Assembly (NCBI GenBank): GCA_046733335.1 | Contig: JBKPOX010000084.1 | Coordinates: 6,911 to 70,910, forward strand | Direction: 5' to 3' | DNA length: 64,000 bases | DNA from: Actinomycetota bacterium | GTDB taxonomy: Bacteria > Actinomycetota > Thermoleophilia > Solirubrobacterales > 70-9 | Shown here: one piece after another, positions 63,250-64,000 of the stretch | How positions within the stretch are numbered: the stretch's first letter is position 1 | Layout: the number at the start of each line of letters is the position of its first letter | Notes under the pieces: generated by a model | Seen by the model: the letters and a program-made list of their open reading frames with translations, nothing else | Databases searched by the model: none | Told to the model about the DNA's origin: nothing | Position numbers and translations under genes: made by a program

Positions 63250-64000
63250 CTAATGAGTTGCGGGCTGCATCTGCTCGATCCCGCTCGCCCGCTGGCCGCC
63301 CGCCGCGAGCATCAGTTTGAAGTCGTGCGGGCTGGAGGCGTACTCGAGGGCGACGTCCTCGGAGACCTTGCCCTCCATCACGTATCCGAGCAGGGACTGG
63401 TCGAAGGTGCGCATGCCGTAGTACTCGCCCTCGGAGATGACCTCGGTGATCTTGCCGGTTTCCTCCGGGTTCATGATCAGGTCCTTGACCCTGCCGGTGA
63501 CGACGAGGATCTCCGAGGCGGGGACGCGGCCGTCGCCGGTGACGTCGGGGACGAGGCGCTGGGCGATCGCCCCCTTGAGGGTGGAGGCGAGCATCACCCG
63601 GGCCTGGTGCTGGAGATGGGGCGGGAAGAAGTCGACGATGCGGTTGATCGTCTCGGTCGCGTCGAGGGTGTGGACGGTGGAGAGGACGAGGTGGCCGGTC
63701 TCCGCCGCCGAGAGGGCGGTCCGCACGGTCTCCTCGTCGCGCATCTCGCCGATCAGGATGCAGTCGGGGTCCTGGCGCAGGACCCGGCGCATCGCGCGGG
63801 CGAAGCTTTCGGTGTCGGAGCCGACTTCGCGCTGGTTGACGATCGAGTTCTTGTCCGGGTGCAGGTACTCGATCGGGTCCTCGAGGGTGACGATGTGGTC
63901 GGTCCTGGTGCGGTTGATGTGATCGATCATCGCCGCCAACGTCGTGCTCTTGCCCGAGCCGGTGGTGCCGGTGACGAGGATGATCCCCCGCTGCTCTTCG
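63250..64000 (-). CDS. second PilT/PilU-family ATPase (5' end beyond the window)
   Basis: The reading frame continues to the window edge: ...GIILVTGTTGSGKSTTLAAMIDHIN (Walker A), TLEDPIEY, ILIGEMRD, GHLVLSTVHT. Confidence 0.9.
   Translation of the reverse strand, partial: EEQRGIILVTGTTGSGKSTTLAAMIDHINRTRTDHIVTLEDPIEYLHPDKNSIVNQREVGSDTESFARAMRRVLRQDPDCILIGEMRDEETVRTALSAAETGHLVLSTVHTLDATETINRIVDFFPPHLQHQARVMLASTLKGAIAQRLVPDVTGDGRVPASEILVVTGRVKDLIMNPEETGKITEVISEGEYYGMRTFDQSLLGYVMEGKVSEDVALEYASSPHDFKLMLAAGGQRASGIEQMQPATH

Overview
Very GC-rich (by eye about 70%), gene-dense window. It has the long antisense shadow ORFs typical of high-GC, monoderm Actinomycetota-like genomes. I saw no rRNA, tRNA, CRISPR array, transposase or integrase.

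Left third (1-21.5 kb) is mostly housekeeping:
- glyA, tsaC-prmC-prfA, a DUF1385 gene and rpmE. A roughly 3-kb accessory insert sits between prfA and the DUF1385 gene.
- A GGDEF cyclase, TetR regulators, etfB-etfA-ETF:quinone oxidoreductase, a B12-binding mutase subunit, a HAD phosphatase, thiolase, pepA and a thioesterase.

Middle (21.5-44 kb):
- Small regulators (two HxlR, two XRE).
- Two toxin-antitoxin-like pairs: XRE plus a nucleotidyltransferase, and TacA/TacT-like.
- Aldehyde dehydrogenase, an orphan substrate-binding lipoprotein, and MeaB.
- A glucan GT4/GH57/methyltransferase/acetyltransferase cluster collinear with the mycobacterial MGLP locus (Rv3030-Rv3032).
- An adenylate cyclase and GGT.
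- An unusual ParA-like ATPase coupled to an FtsZ that carries a roughly 150-aa N-terminal extension.
- A divergent pair of ArsA/Get3-like ATPases.

Right third (44-64 kb) is one minus-strand, secretin-less type IV pilus locus: pilT-like, pilX-like, pilB, pilT, pilC, two polytopic glycosyltransferase-like membrane proteins, pilA, a 9-repeat Cys-rich propeller-like secreted protein, two minor pilins, pilD, pilM, pilN, pilO and one extra gene.

Most interesting non-coding signals:
- A c-di-GMP-I (GEMM-I)-like riboswitch candidate in the pilA leader.
- A roughly 50-nt AT-cored palindromic element present twice, in identical intercistronic context.
- Several long perfect inverted repeats.

All family calls rest on motif recognition in the translated ORFs. 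No database search was run.
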